Position numbers and translations under genes: made by a program. A stretch of 64,000 bases of DNA from assembly GCF_018350175.1 (NCBI RefSeq), contig NC_058368.1, positions 156,242,001-156,306,000 of the forward strand. Reading direction: 5' to 3'. Positions 25,701-37,808 of the stretch are shown piece by piece. Positions within the stretch are counted from its first letter, which is position 1, and each line of letters opens with the position of its first letter. The notes below the pieces were generated by a model that worked only from the letters and a program-made list of their open reading frames with translations, made no database searches and was not told the origin of the DNA. This DNA is from Felis catus. Taxonomy: Eukaryota.

Positions 25701-27613
25701 TGCCAGATTGTGAACCGATATATTAAACTCCAAGTGAAGCACATTTCCCCTATGGATTGCACTTATTGCCACTTCATTTCCTATGTGCTCCATCTCTCCA
25801 TTGCCGTGCCTGGCACTAAGCTATTTCCAGTTCTTTGCTGACCCCTGAGGCCTGGTGCTACCACACACAGCCATTAGAGAAGGGAATTGCATGTGTCTGA
25901 CACGGCCTGAAACCAATTATTTGATATTTTCTTCAGAATGATGCCTAACTCTGTTGGGAATGAGCAATCATGAAATAATTTACCTCCTGATTTAATTTTT
26001 TCCTGCACAAATTAGTTGTAGACTGAGCTGGCTATACACAGATGCCTGTGACATAGCTATCTTATCAAGATGATACTTGAAATGGTGGGAGGGGGGAGGG
26101 CCTGAATTGAATAGGTTGGGGAATCCTGCTTTAAAGAGGCATTGACAAGTTTATCAGATACACTTATCACATGTACTCTCTGTTGACTGAAAATGACAGA
26201 ACCTTAAAGAACTGTCAGGATAGCAGAGAAAACCACAAGGATGCAAACCTTATCAGGGTATTTAATATTTTTGAACATCTGTCTGATTTCTGGTTTCCTT
26301 TTTGTGTCTCAGAAAACTTGGCACACGATCAAAATTTAACAAAACAAAACAAAAACTCGCATTGGTTCATGACTGAGTGATCCTAACCAAATTTAGTATT
26401 CATTAGTTCTGTCTTTAGATATAGTCATAGTGTCAAGAAGGTATGCATTTTTCTATAACTCAAATCCCTACAAGCTCCTTTCATAAAAATATAAACGGTG
26501 TATGCTTTATATTTTGTCTGTATGCCACAGAAACAAGGCAAAATATGAGATTATCACTTATCAATAAACATAGAAAGACTGTATAAATTAACATAGGTTT
26601 AATCTGAATAATGAGATATTAAGGCCAACTGCTCAAGTTCAATAAAGACAACACAAGTCTCTTTATAGCGATCTCAAGTGAACATAAAGCTCCAACCAAA
26701 TCTGTGCAGTAATAGCTTGTCTATAAAGTCGGGTAAGGATTCTTCTCATTTTTACATACTGATTCCACATTAGATCTTGGCTACTTAGTCTTAAAAGGAC
26801 TATGACTGCTGTGTCTTCCTATTTCTCTTCAGGGTCCAGGCTCTACTAACTAGACTCACATACCAACAACTGTGAACTTTATGGCTTTTGTAACCATGAC
26901 TAAGAAAAATTATAAGAAAAATGTCCATTAAAAATATACCCTCTTCAAATAGCTGAAAGATCACTCTTTTACTGTGCTACAAAAAGAACTGCAACAATGA
27001 TTATAAGTGATTTCAGTACAGTTTGGAAAAAATATATAGAAAGGCATAATAAAACAATTTTACAATATAGTTTTCTCTGACAATGATCATTATAAAATTT
27101 AGAGGCAACTTCTCTTTTCTAGATAGACTATTTTACAAACCTTGGTATCCACTTCAATAATTACTGCTAGAATTAATACTGTGTGCCTTGTACTAATGGA
27201 AATGCTAACACTGAATTTTATTTTATTTAAGTAATCTCCACACCCAACATGGGACTCGAATTCACAACCCCAAGATCAAGAGTCACATGCTCCAGCCAGG
27301 TGCTCCTAATACTGAATTTTAAACTTAATTTCTACTTTGGAGAACAAACAATATAATGCCAGTTATCTAAAATCAATTCAGTATGATCATGTTATAGAGA
27401 TCTAAGATATCAAAACTTCAAAATATTGTCTTTTATATTTCACTGGCATCAGAATTTCAAAGGCCAATACTATCAGGGTACCTGGCTGGCTCAGTTGGTA
27501 GAGCACGCAACTCTTGATCTAGGGGTTGTAAGTCCAAGCCCTACTTTGGGTGTAGAGATTACTTAAAAAAAGAAAATCTTTAAAACAAACAGGCAAAACT
27601 ATCTTGTTGCCTT

Positions 27614-27615
<2 letters not shown>

Positions 27616-27662
<47 letters not shown>
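27616..27662. repeat. (CA)n microsatellite
   Basis: Directly visible in the sequence. Confidence 0.97.
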
Positions 27663-27664
<2 letters not shown>

Positions 27665-30600
27665 GGCCAAGAGTATCATCTCTCACTAGCACTTATCTGT
27701 TAATTTAGTACTTCCTAGTGTTCAATTGTGGAAGAGATTAAACCAGTAATAGAGTAAACTTCACTTTTCTAAACAATACACATGGGTTTTTATTCAATGT
27801 TAAAAAGAAGTTGCAAAAACAAACACTGATAGATTTTGCTTTTGATTGAGGCAATACACTGTACTTCATTTTAAATAACTTTTTGTTTCCTTACGTGAAT
27901 AATTTAGATCTCCACTTAGATACTCAACCAGAGTTCCCATGAATGTTTTGGTAAGAGGAGAAGCAAATTAAAAATATATGTATAAACAAAGGAAAAGAAA
28001 TTCAATTTTAAGAATGACAGAGGCAAAAGAATTTGACTGTAAATCCATTAGGACTTGAAACATTTTACCCAAAGCTAAGGATTGTTTTCTCATTTCCACA
28101 ATAGGGGACTGATTGGTCTAACTCTCAAAGCTGCTAGCCGTTTCTCCTGTATAAATCCCCACTCAGCGATCAGCCCATACTCAGAAAATACTACTTCAGG
28201 AAAAGAATTTTAACAGTCCCAGGTGTAAATGACACAGATTTCCTCTGAGTTCAAAAAAAGTAGGTGGAGATGTTAAATAACACCCGCTTTGAGGCAGAAG
28301 ATACGTTTTATACTAAGCACTTGACTTCATAGATGTGACACTGATGGTCAAAAATTTTCATGCACATATATATACAATGACAGTGAAAATGTTATATCAT
28401 AATGTGCATGTTCCAAGTTGATTTTCATAATAAAGAATGTTTTGATAAAAGAACCATTAAGTTTTTCAATTATTAAAATGATTCCATTTTAAAATGAATA
28501 TTACCAATGTTTGTTTGCTTATTAAACTTTACTTCTCAAACATTTGTGAAAAAAATTTGTTGGGTACCAATGACTAATAGTATAATAAACAAACAAATAA
28601 ACAAAAGTATAATAGCCAGAAGTCACATACTACATTTTCTGAGAACCTGAGGAAAAAATATGTTAATTGAACAATATTTAACATTATAATATTCCACTGG
28701 AAAATGATCATCTGTTAAACAAAAATTTAGGGATTTATCACCCCTACATGTAAAAACCCATAAATGCTTTCATATAAAACAACAGAACTGAGCATTCTCA
28801 TTTACTATTATGTTCATAAATCAAGACAGAATAACAAGTAATTCTAGCAAGGGAAAGCAGAAGTTACAAAAATTTTAGCAAGCTTACAAAGTGATTTAGG
28901 AACGCACTTTCTATAGAATATGAATTTCTGGCTTGCAATGACCTCATATATATTACTTTTATATTTCTCCAATTTCTTTGTTCAATATAAAATAGTTGTA
29001 AAATAAATTTGTTCACTTTTAGAATAATTTTATTCTAAACTTTTCAGTGATTCTTTTCAATTATTTTCATCTTGTTCCTAACATTTTATTTATATTTTAA
29101 TCAATTTCTTTTCCAAGTTAAAAAAAAAAAAGGTTAAAATCTCAGTATTTTAATTTTTTTTTAGTTTTTCAGTTTTTAAAAATGTTATTGAACGGCTCAT
29201 AGGCATATAAATCTTAAACTGTCCTATGACCTTCATGAGAAACCACTGAGTCATTTCATCTGTCATTCTTCATATTTGAATGTCATAATTAAAAGATGTA
29301 GCAAGTGAAAATATCCTTTCCATCTGTAGGAAAAACATACAGGTATTCTAAGCAGAGAGGGAGTAAATAACTGAGTGCAATTTAGTGGTTGCTAATTGTT
29401 GCTGTATGAATGCAAAAGTATTACTACAACTAAATTGCATCCACTTTCTTTCTTATGGAATATACTTTCCATCTTTGTTGCCCTGTCTTTAGAACAAAGA
29501 CCCAGAGGTCCTAGAACATTTAATGGTGAATCAATGGGTCAGAAAAACAGAGTCCATGTAGCAGAAAATATGTTTAAAGTAAATAAATACAGGCATTTGT
29601 ATAATATCAAACGTCTACCCATAGCATATACCCTTCTCTCATACACCTACACATTCAGTCATTTTCTCCAAGTTTTTAATGAAATAAATAATTTTCACAG
29701 ATGACACAATCTCTAGTAGGGAGAACTTAAAATAAAAACACCATCAATTCCTCAGGGAAAAACATTCTAGCATCCGGCTTTTTGTTTATTTTCTTATGAA
29801 GCATTGAGACACAATGAGATGATTCTTCTAATCTTTGTTCTGTCTCAAAATTGATTTGTTAACCAGCCAGAATGGTTGATTGTCATCCAAAACACAAGAA
29901 CTGAAAATGTTGCACTAATTTCAGCGTGGTGACGTGGCAAAGAGAACTCGAACAAACAAACAACTGTGGAAGCAACTAGCAAACATGATGCTAACTAATG
30001 GTTACTTATTAGTCTAATAACTAATGTTATTTATTAATCTAAAGAGGATCTCAAACCTGGTAATAATTGTTTCAACTATTTCAGTAGCTTAGTTTCTTTT
30101 AGCTTAACTTTGGCAAAAAGCTTGAATGAAAGCAGCTTAACTGCATCTCTAGGAATAAAATGAGTCTCCTTCTAGATACATTTTTTTAAAAATATTAAGT
30201 CAAAAATTACTTTCCTTTGCATGTGTTACTATGTAAAGTCTTGGGTAGTTCTTTTTCTTCCCAAATTTTTCCCAAAGAGAAAATCCAGTGATGGAACTTT
30301 GTACTCTATTACTTAGTTCTTTCCAAAATACAAATTTGTTTAATTTTACATGTAGAGAAATAAATATACACGTTGCAATTCCAGAAAGTTCAAAACAGAA
30401 GTCGGAATTGTGGTTAAAGTGGGAATTACTCTTCAAATTGTACATAAAAGGATTATTTATCTTACAAGGGAATTAAGAAAAAGACAGAAATTACAGTAGT
30501 TAAGAGAATAAGCTTAGTTATAATTCAGAAAGGGCCTTCGATACCAGCTGAGGTATTTTCTGAAGTGGGACTTTGAACAAGCTATTTAACCTGTCCAAAC

Positions 30601-31284
30601 TCTGTTTTTTATCTATAAAATACAGATAATAACCAACTTTTCAGAGATGTTGAGTAAATGGTATACCAGTATATACAATACTTAGCACAGTACATGATAA
30701 ATTAAAAGCACTTAAAAAAATAGTCCATCATATAAATGACTTTATATATTTGTAAACCGATAATAAGGAAAAGTAAAAATGATCGAGGGGGAGATACTAT
30801 TGAACATTAATGTTGAATTCATGTTGAGTACCATCCTTTGCAAAGTGTATACTTTAGTCAAGTATTTCCCACAAAACAGATCCTAAGTGATATGTGCCTT
30901 ATCAAAACTCAAGAATCAAAATGGCTGGGAATGACTTTTAACACACAAAACACCATCTTAAATGGCTTGAAGAATTTGTCCTGTTCTGCCTGAATTCATA
31001 AAGTATGAAATAAAAATGAACAGTTCATTTTTACCATCACCCTAATGGACCACCTGTATACTTCTACTAGGTAGAGATCAACAGTACAGGAAGTAGACTG
31101 AATGGAGGGAGAAGGCCCTCCTGGCTCAGAAGAAGGGAAGACAAGACTCCTTCTCTCAGCTGATGGCATGGTCACGGTAACATATGAAGGTGCCATGTAA
31201 CAAAACTGACTGGAGGAAAGGCTGTAGGATGGATCAATGATGCCAAAACTTCAAATCATCACTTTTGATGTTCTTTATGTGTAA

Positions 31285-31285
31285 A

Positions 31286-31349
<64 letters not shown>

Positions 31350-31352
31350 AAA
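31285..31352. repeat. (GAAA)n microsatellite
   Basis: Directly visible in the sequence. Confidence 0.97.
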
Positions 31353-32591
31353 GAAAAAGAAAAATAGAATTATTTATAGAAGTTTAATATGTGTAATTGT
31401 TTTACTATAATATGCCTCGTGAAATTCTTACCCACGGTCTTTTAGGACAAGCTCTTTCCTCTATGCTTTATAGGCTTAATTCTGAGGCTTTTATTTTGTA
31501 CTTACACAAAGATTTGTATGGATACGGAGAGGTTTTTAGAGAAAAAGTATCGCCCATGCCTATGGGCTTGCAGAAATAAGCTGGTTCTTCCCCAGGAAAA
31601 AACACAAGTTATCATTAAATTCCTGCCTTGTCTGCTTTAAATACATGCCAGAGAAAAGGCATATGGATTTCTTTTTAATTGACAATACAGAATAATAATT
31701 GCATTTCCAGTCCTTGCCTGTGATCTTAATTTTCAATAATACGATTAAAAATGTTCCTGCAAAAATATAAATAAATAAAAATAGAAACTACCAATAAAAC
31801 AAAATTAAAACACTTGGTTGTGGGATCAGAAGGGAAACCCAAAAAATAATTACTAGGAAAAGCTTCAGATGTTAGCTGGAAGGGGAGACTCGACTTCTTG
31901 TTTTTGCTTAATTACCTACTCCTCTCTTCACCCTCCCATCTTGATAAAAAAAAAAAAAAAAAAAAAAAAACGCAACCACAGGAGGTGGGCAGTTTTCATA
32001 TAGTGATTTTCAAGTTTCACTTGGGGAAGAAAAATCATACAGATAAAGATCTAAAAGAAATTTTTCTACCTGCTTCTGTGACGAACAAAATCACATCTTT
32101 ACCCAGTTTACACATCTGTACTGTCAGTACAGAAAATAAATGTGACAGCTTCCAATGACAAACTGTAGGTATAAAATCTGGCTGTGGAATGATTTCCATG
32201 TCGCAGAGCCTGAGAAAGTGTAGTAGAGCTTAGATGTTCCCTAATATAACCTTTAAATTTTATCCATTAAGAAATTTGAAAAGGTTAAATGACTTATCTA
32301 AGGTCACAAAACAAAGGGGTGGGAGATTCAGGACCAGCACCCTTGACTCCCAGTAAGTACACTTTTCATCTTCTGAGAGCCAAGGTATAACTGTAGACAA
32401 GGAATGCACCAGTATTTCATTAAACATGGCAATTACGATAAAGCAGTGGGGGAAAAAAACCTGAGCAACAGTATCACTTTTTGGAATTTAACAATGCTAC
32501 AAAACCTGGAACTACATTATGATTTTACAAGAATTTGTAATAATTTGAAAAAAGATCCTACTTTCTCTTATGAATTCTTTTTCCCCGTTAC

Positions 32592-32850
32592 TATTTTCTA
32601 TTATTTGGAATTTCAGCTTCTACTAGTCGGGGGGATAGAAAGCATAAATGTCATCAGAGTTAACAAAGCTCTTCCCTTCGGTCTTAGGAGCACATGACAG
32701 GGTGAAAGATGCGGTCCTTCATGGAGGCTTGGAACCTTCTGTAACAGTACTCATACAAATGCTTCTTTTTTGTACGCATTTTGTAGGCTGGCCTCCAGAT
32801 GCTTCTTCATCTTTCCTGAATGATGGTCACCACTCAGCTAGTCAAAGCTA
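32592..32850 (-). pseudogene. DIRS-derived block 2: gag (LAP2alpha-like) decayed exon
   Basis: Acceptor tttctctcttgctcctcaag|, putative donor ATA|gtaacg. MKKHLEASLQNAYKKEAFV*V from 32810 resembles DIRS1 gag MDKKLE.SLKKAY. Confidence 0.55.
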
Positions 32851-34202
32851 CTTGAGGAGCAAGAGAGAAATTTGGGTAACTATAAGACTGGCCTACTTTC
32901 CAACTGTGATCTAAGCCTCCCCCAGTCAAAAATTCTACTTTTATTTTGTTTTCAAGGTCTTCTTTACTCTGAAGGATCTGTTTATCCCTTGAGAAATTCT
33001 GTTTTTCTCACTCTGTCTTCCTTAAATAAAACAGCAAGGGACTGTGAATGGGAAGGGGCTTTAGATGCCACTTAGTTGCAAACTCACAACCACTGCAGAT
33101 CTTTAGAAACCTTCCAAATATTCAAAGGCATGTATTGTAGTCTCTTAAGTCTTTCCTTCTCAAAGCTAACAATAACCTCAAAAAATTCAGAGTAAAGACG
33201 TATAAGGGACCAGAAAATTTATTCTATGATTAAAATCTTCTAATTGTATCATTTTATATAATACAGAGGATTTATATAATTGAAATTTACTACACATAAA
33301 CAAATCCTCTTTTTCAAACATTGAGAAAAACAACAGTAACTTTCCTTTAATCCAAATAAAAATATAATTTAAAAATTATGTATTATATATTATGTTTAAA
33401 AAACATAATTTTTAATGTTTATTTTTGAGAGAGAAAGAGACCGACAGAGTGCAAGCAGGGAACGGGCAGAGAGAGAGGGAGACATATAATCCTAAGCAGG
33501 CTCCAGGCTCTGAGGTGTCAGCACAGAGCCAACTTGGGGCTTGAACTCATCAACTATGAGATCATGACCTGAGCTGAAGTGGGATGCTTAATCAACTGAG
33601 CCACTCAGGCACCCTCAAATAAAATATAATTTTAAAAAGTAAAAGTAATTTGATCAGTTTACCACTCCAAATGTAGACATAAAAAATGTTACAATATAAG
33701 GATGACACTATTCTGAAATTTGGATGACACATGCACATGTGTAAATATGGACTTGACTTCCCAGATAATAAGCAATTAGGTTACAGTCAAAATACAAAAG
33801 GTAAATTTCTAGCTTCAAGAAAGTTGTTTATTTTGACTTTAAATAAAAATTTAAAGCCTTATAAATTAAATGAAAAAACACTATATTATAAATTGTTATA
33901 AAATAATTGATAATTTTCTCCAAAAATTATTACAGAAACTGTAAGAACACAAATCAGAATTATTGGCAAAGTCTGGGTTCTTAAATCATTCTTTAAACTT
34001 TGTAAAAGAGTATCTGCAAAAATTATATTACTCTTTTCTAGGATAGATCACCAAATCACAAAGATCCTACAATATTTATATTGACATTATTTCATCATTT
34101 TCTTCAAGTTACAGAATATACAAGCCATATACTTCTAAATATATTATAATACTACACATACTCTCAAAGAAATAAAAATTATAAAACCATAAGAAAGGTT
34201 AC

Positions 34203-34364
34203 CATACAATGCCAAGATGTGCAATTCAAGGGATTAGCTTATACAAAATAAAATTCAGTGTCTGCCAGGTACTTTATCGTTGTTGAATCAATACCCAGCT
34301 GCAGTGCAGGTGGAAGTCACTCTGGGGTGTGCAAGTAAACACCCACCACCACCAGAAGGGCCAG
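34203..34364 (-). pseudogene. DIRS-derived block 1: gag-like decayed exon
   Basis: Acceptor ttttattttaccag|, donor ATG|gtaacc, 162 nt. Translation LALLVVVGVYLHTPE*LPPALQLGIDSTTIKYLADTEFYFV*ANP resembles the DIRS1 gag motif (W)QTPASLPPT..KY..EFL (by eye). Confidence 0.5.
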
Positions 34365-35730
34365 CTGGTAAAATAAAATAAAATAGAATAAAAAGTGCCT
34401 CTAGTCAGTTTCTGAATTAATATGCACAAGCAAATTATGAGTCAGTTATGAATCACTGTCAACAAAAAAAAGCAAAAAATTTGAGAGTACAACACAGAAA
34501 TGTTAAAATCAAAAAGAAAACATGAAAGCGTCTGGAAAATTATTTTTATGCTAATTATCATGTTCCTTGTACAGTTTTTGCCATGGAATTTAGCAGTATA
34601 TCAAAATAATATACCAAATAACTGCAAACAATGAAATTCCCTTTCTGTGGATTATTAGAAAATAATAATGTATGGCCTTGGAAAAGATTTACCTTTATAA
34701 ATCTCAGTTTTCTCATATTTAAAATATGAATATTATGAAGGGTTGTTCAAAGACTAATGAATTCACATGTGTAAAGCCTTATACACAATAAAAAGCTATA
34801 ACGTTTTTTGATATTCAAGTAATGTTATCTCTACTTATTTTTGATACCCAAGCAATGCTATCTCTCTATCTCTATATTATAAATAGAGATGAAAATACAC
34901 ATATGTTTATATGTATGTGTAAATAAATAATTTATAGACCATTCAGGGAAAAAACCAGTCCTCAATCCACCTAAAGAATCAAAGGCAGTTAAGGATTCAA
35001 TAGGTTCAAATTGCTCATCAAGAACATGGTAGTATATACACAAAGAAGGAGCAGCACTCCCAAACTCAACTAACAAGGTCAAACATTACACTGACACCAA
35101 AGTCAGATAAGGATACTACATGAAAACAAAACTACAGACCAGTATTCCTGATGAATATAGATGCAAAAATTCTAAACAAAATATTAGCAAACCGAATTCA
35201 ACTCCACATTAAAAGAATTATATACCAAGATCAAGTTGGATTTATCCTTGGGGTACAAGGATGGTTTAACCTATGTAAATTAATCAATGTGAAACACCAC
35301 ATTTAAGAAATAAAAATCATATGATATTCTCTATAGATGTAGAAAGGCATTTGACAAAATACACATCCTTTCAAATTCTATACCCTATACCTATACCCAA
35401 ATTCTATTCCCTCTATACCAAATTCTCAGTGAATTTGCTCAAGAACATGGTAGTATATACATAAAGATTGAAACATCTTCCTCTAAGATCAGGAATAAGA
35501 CAAGGGTGCCCATTCTCACCATTCCTATTCAACATAATACTAGAAGTCCTAGCCAGGACAATCAGGCAAGATAAAGAAATAAAATGCATTCAAATCAGGG
35601 GAAAAAAAAAAAAAAGAGTGAAGTTGTCTTTGTTTGCACATGATATAATCTTACATAGAAAATTCTAAAGACTCCACTAAAAAATTGTTAGAATTAATCA
35701 ACAAACTCAGTAGTTTCAGGGTATAAAATC

Positions 35731-35764
35731 ACACTTGATCTTAGCCAAAAGGCCGAGAAGCGAT
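35731..35764 (-). pseudogene. U2 snRNA 5' fragment retrocopy (nt 1-34)
   Basis: Reverse complement is ATCGCTTCTCGGCCTTTTGGCTAAGATCAAGTGT, the U2 5' end. It is flanked by the direct repeat agggtataaaatca (35718-35731 and 35766-35779) and sits inside an L1. Confidence 0.92.
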
Positions 35765-36310
35765 TAGGGTATAAAATCAACATACAGAAACTAGTTGTAT
35801 TTATTTTTTTTTAATGTTTATTTTTGAGAGAGAGAACATGTGCAAGTGGGGGAAGGGCAGAGAGAGAAAGAGAGAGAGAGAGAAGGAGAAACAGAAAGGG
35901 TCCCATGCAGATTCCATGCTGTCAGTGCAGAGCCCAACACGGGGTTTGAACCCATGAACTGTGAGATCATGACCTGAACCAAAACCAAGTTGCCGAACCA
36001 ACAAAGCCCACCCAGGTGCCCCCAGAAATCAGTTGCGTTTCCATATACTAACAATGAGGTATCTGAAAAAATAAATAAACAATCCCATTCACAGCAGCAC
36101 CAAAAAAAATGAAGTATTTAGGAATACATTAAACGAAGAAAGTTAAAGATCTGTATACTGAAAAAATAAGACTTTGAGGAAAGAAATCGAAGAAGATATA
36201 AAGAAATGGAAAAATACTGGATTTCATGGATTGAAAGAATTAAAACTGTTAAAAATCCATACTACCCAAAGCCATCTATAGATTCAATTCTCTATCAGAA
36301 TTTCAATGCA

Positions 36311-36650
36311 GGGGCACCTGGCTGGCTCAGTCAGTGGAGTGCACCACTCTTGGTCTTGGGATTGTGAATTCAAGATCCACAACAGGGGCGCCTGGGTGGT
36401 GCAGTCGGTTAAACGTCCGACTTCAGCCAGGTCACGATCTCGCGGTCCGTGAGTTCGAGCCCCGCGTCAGGCTCTGGGCTAATGGCTCGGAGCCTGGAGC
36501 CTGTTTCCGATTCTGTGTCTCCCTCTCTCTCTGCCCCTCCCCCATTCATGCTCTGTCTCTCTCTGTCCCAAAAATAAATAAACGTTGAAAAAAAAAATAA
36601 AAAAAAATATCCACAACAGAGGTAGAGGTTACTTAGAAAAAAAAAAAATA
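36311..36650 (+). mobile_element. CAN-SINE nested in an older CAN-SINE, inside the L1
   Basis: The outer head at 36311 is interrupted by a full young copy (about 36386-36607) flanked by a repeated atccacaacag. Confidence 0.85.
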
Positions 36651-37768
36651 AAAATTTTTCAATGTGGAAAAAAAAAATAATCCTAAAATTTGTATGGAAC
36701 TACAAAGACCTCAAATAGCCAAACCAATCCTGAGAAAGAAGAACAGTCAGAGGCATCACATTCCTGATTCAAGATATACTGCAAACTCATAAATCAAAAC
36801 AGAATGGTATTGGCACAAAAACAGACACAAACCCAAAGGAACAGAATCAAGACCCCCGAAATAAACCCTCAGGTATATGGTCAATTAAGATTTGAAAAGG
36901 GAACCAAGAATACTCAATTAGGAAAGGATTAAATAAATGGTGCTGGGAAAACTGGATAATCACATGAAATTGGACCCTATCTTACAACACTCATAAAAAT
37001 TAATGCATAATGGATTTAAATATAAACCCGAAACTGTAAAACTCCTAGAAGAAAGCAGTTTTTTTCCTTTGCTCCTTGACACTGGTCTTGGCAATGATTC
37101 TTTGGATGTGATACCACAAGCACAAGCAACAAAAGCAAAAATAGCATGGGACTACACCAAACTAAAAAGCTTCTCCACAGCACAATAAATAATCTACAAA
37201 ATGAAAAAGCAACCTATAGTAGGGAGAAAATATTTGCAAACCATCTATCTAATAGTGGATTAATATCCAAAATATATAAAGAACTCATACAACTCAATAA
37301 CAACAACAAAATTTTAGAAAGGCCAATGGACCTGAATAGACATTTTTCCAAAGAAGATATACAAAATGGCCAACAGCTACATGAAAAGATGGTCAACATC
37401 AGGAATCAGCAGAAAATTCAAATAAAAACCACAATGAGATATAACCTCACAACTGTTAGACTGGTTATCATCAAAACGACAAGACATGACAAGTACTGGT
37501 GAGACTATGAAGAAAAGGAAACCTGTGTGCACTGTTTGTGGGAATATAAATTGGTATCTTCACCGTGAAAAAAAGGACGGGGTTCTCCAAAAAATAAAAG
37601 AAAACAAAACAAAACAAAAAAGAACTACCAACAGCAATCTCACTTCTGGGTATATATCCAAAGGAAATGAAAAGAGGATATTGAAGACATATCTGTACTC
37701 CCATATTCATTACAGCATTAACCATAATAGTCAAGATATGGAAACAACCCAAGTGTCCCTATATGGAG

Positions 37769-37808
<40 letters not shown>

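Noticed and set aside
30996..31196. 66-aa minus-strand ORF between the gag-like blocks
   Set aside because: No gag-like motifs and no clear acceptor/donor pair.
855..34364. Active or recently inserted DIRS element, or prokaryotic integrase contamination
   Set aside because: The blocks carry many stops and frameshifts, I found no terminal or internal complementary repeats, and they are interspersed with felid SINEs and a host exon, so this is old endogenous sequence.
35731..35764. Functional U2 snRNA gene
   Set aside because: Only 34 nt are present, flanked by a TSD and embedded in an L1.
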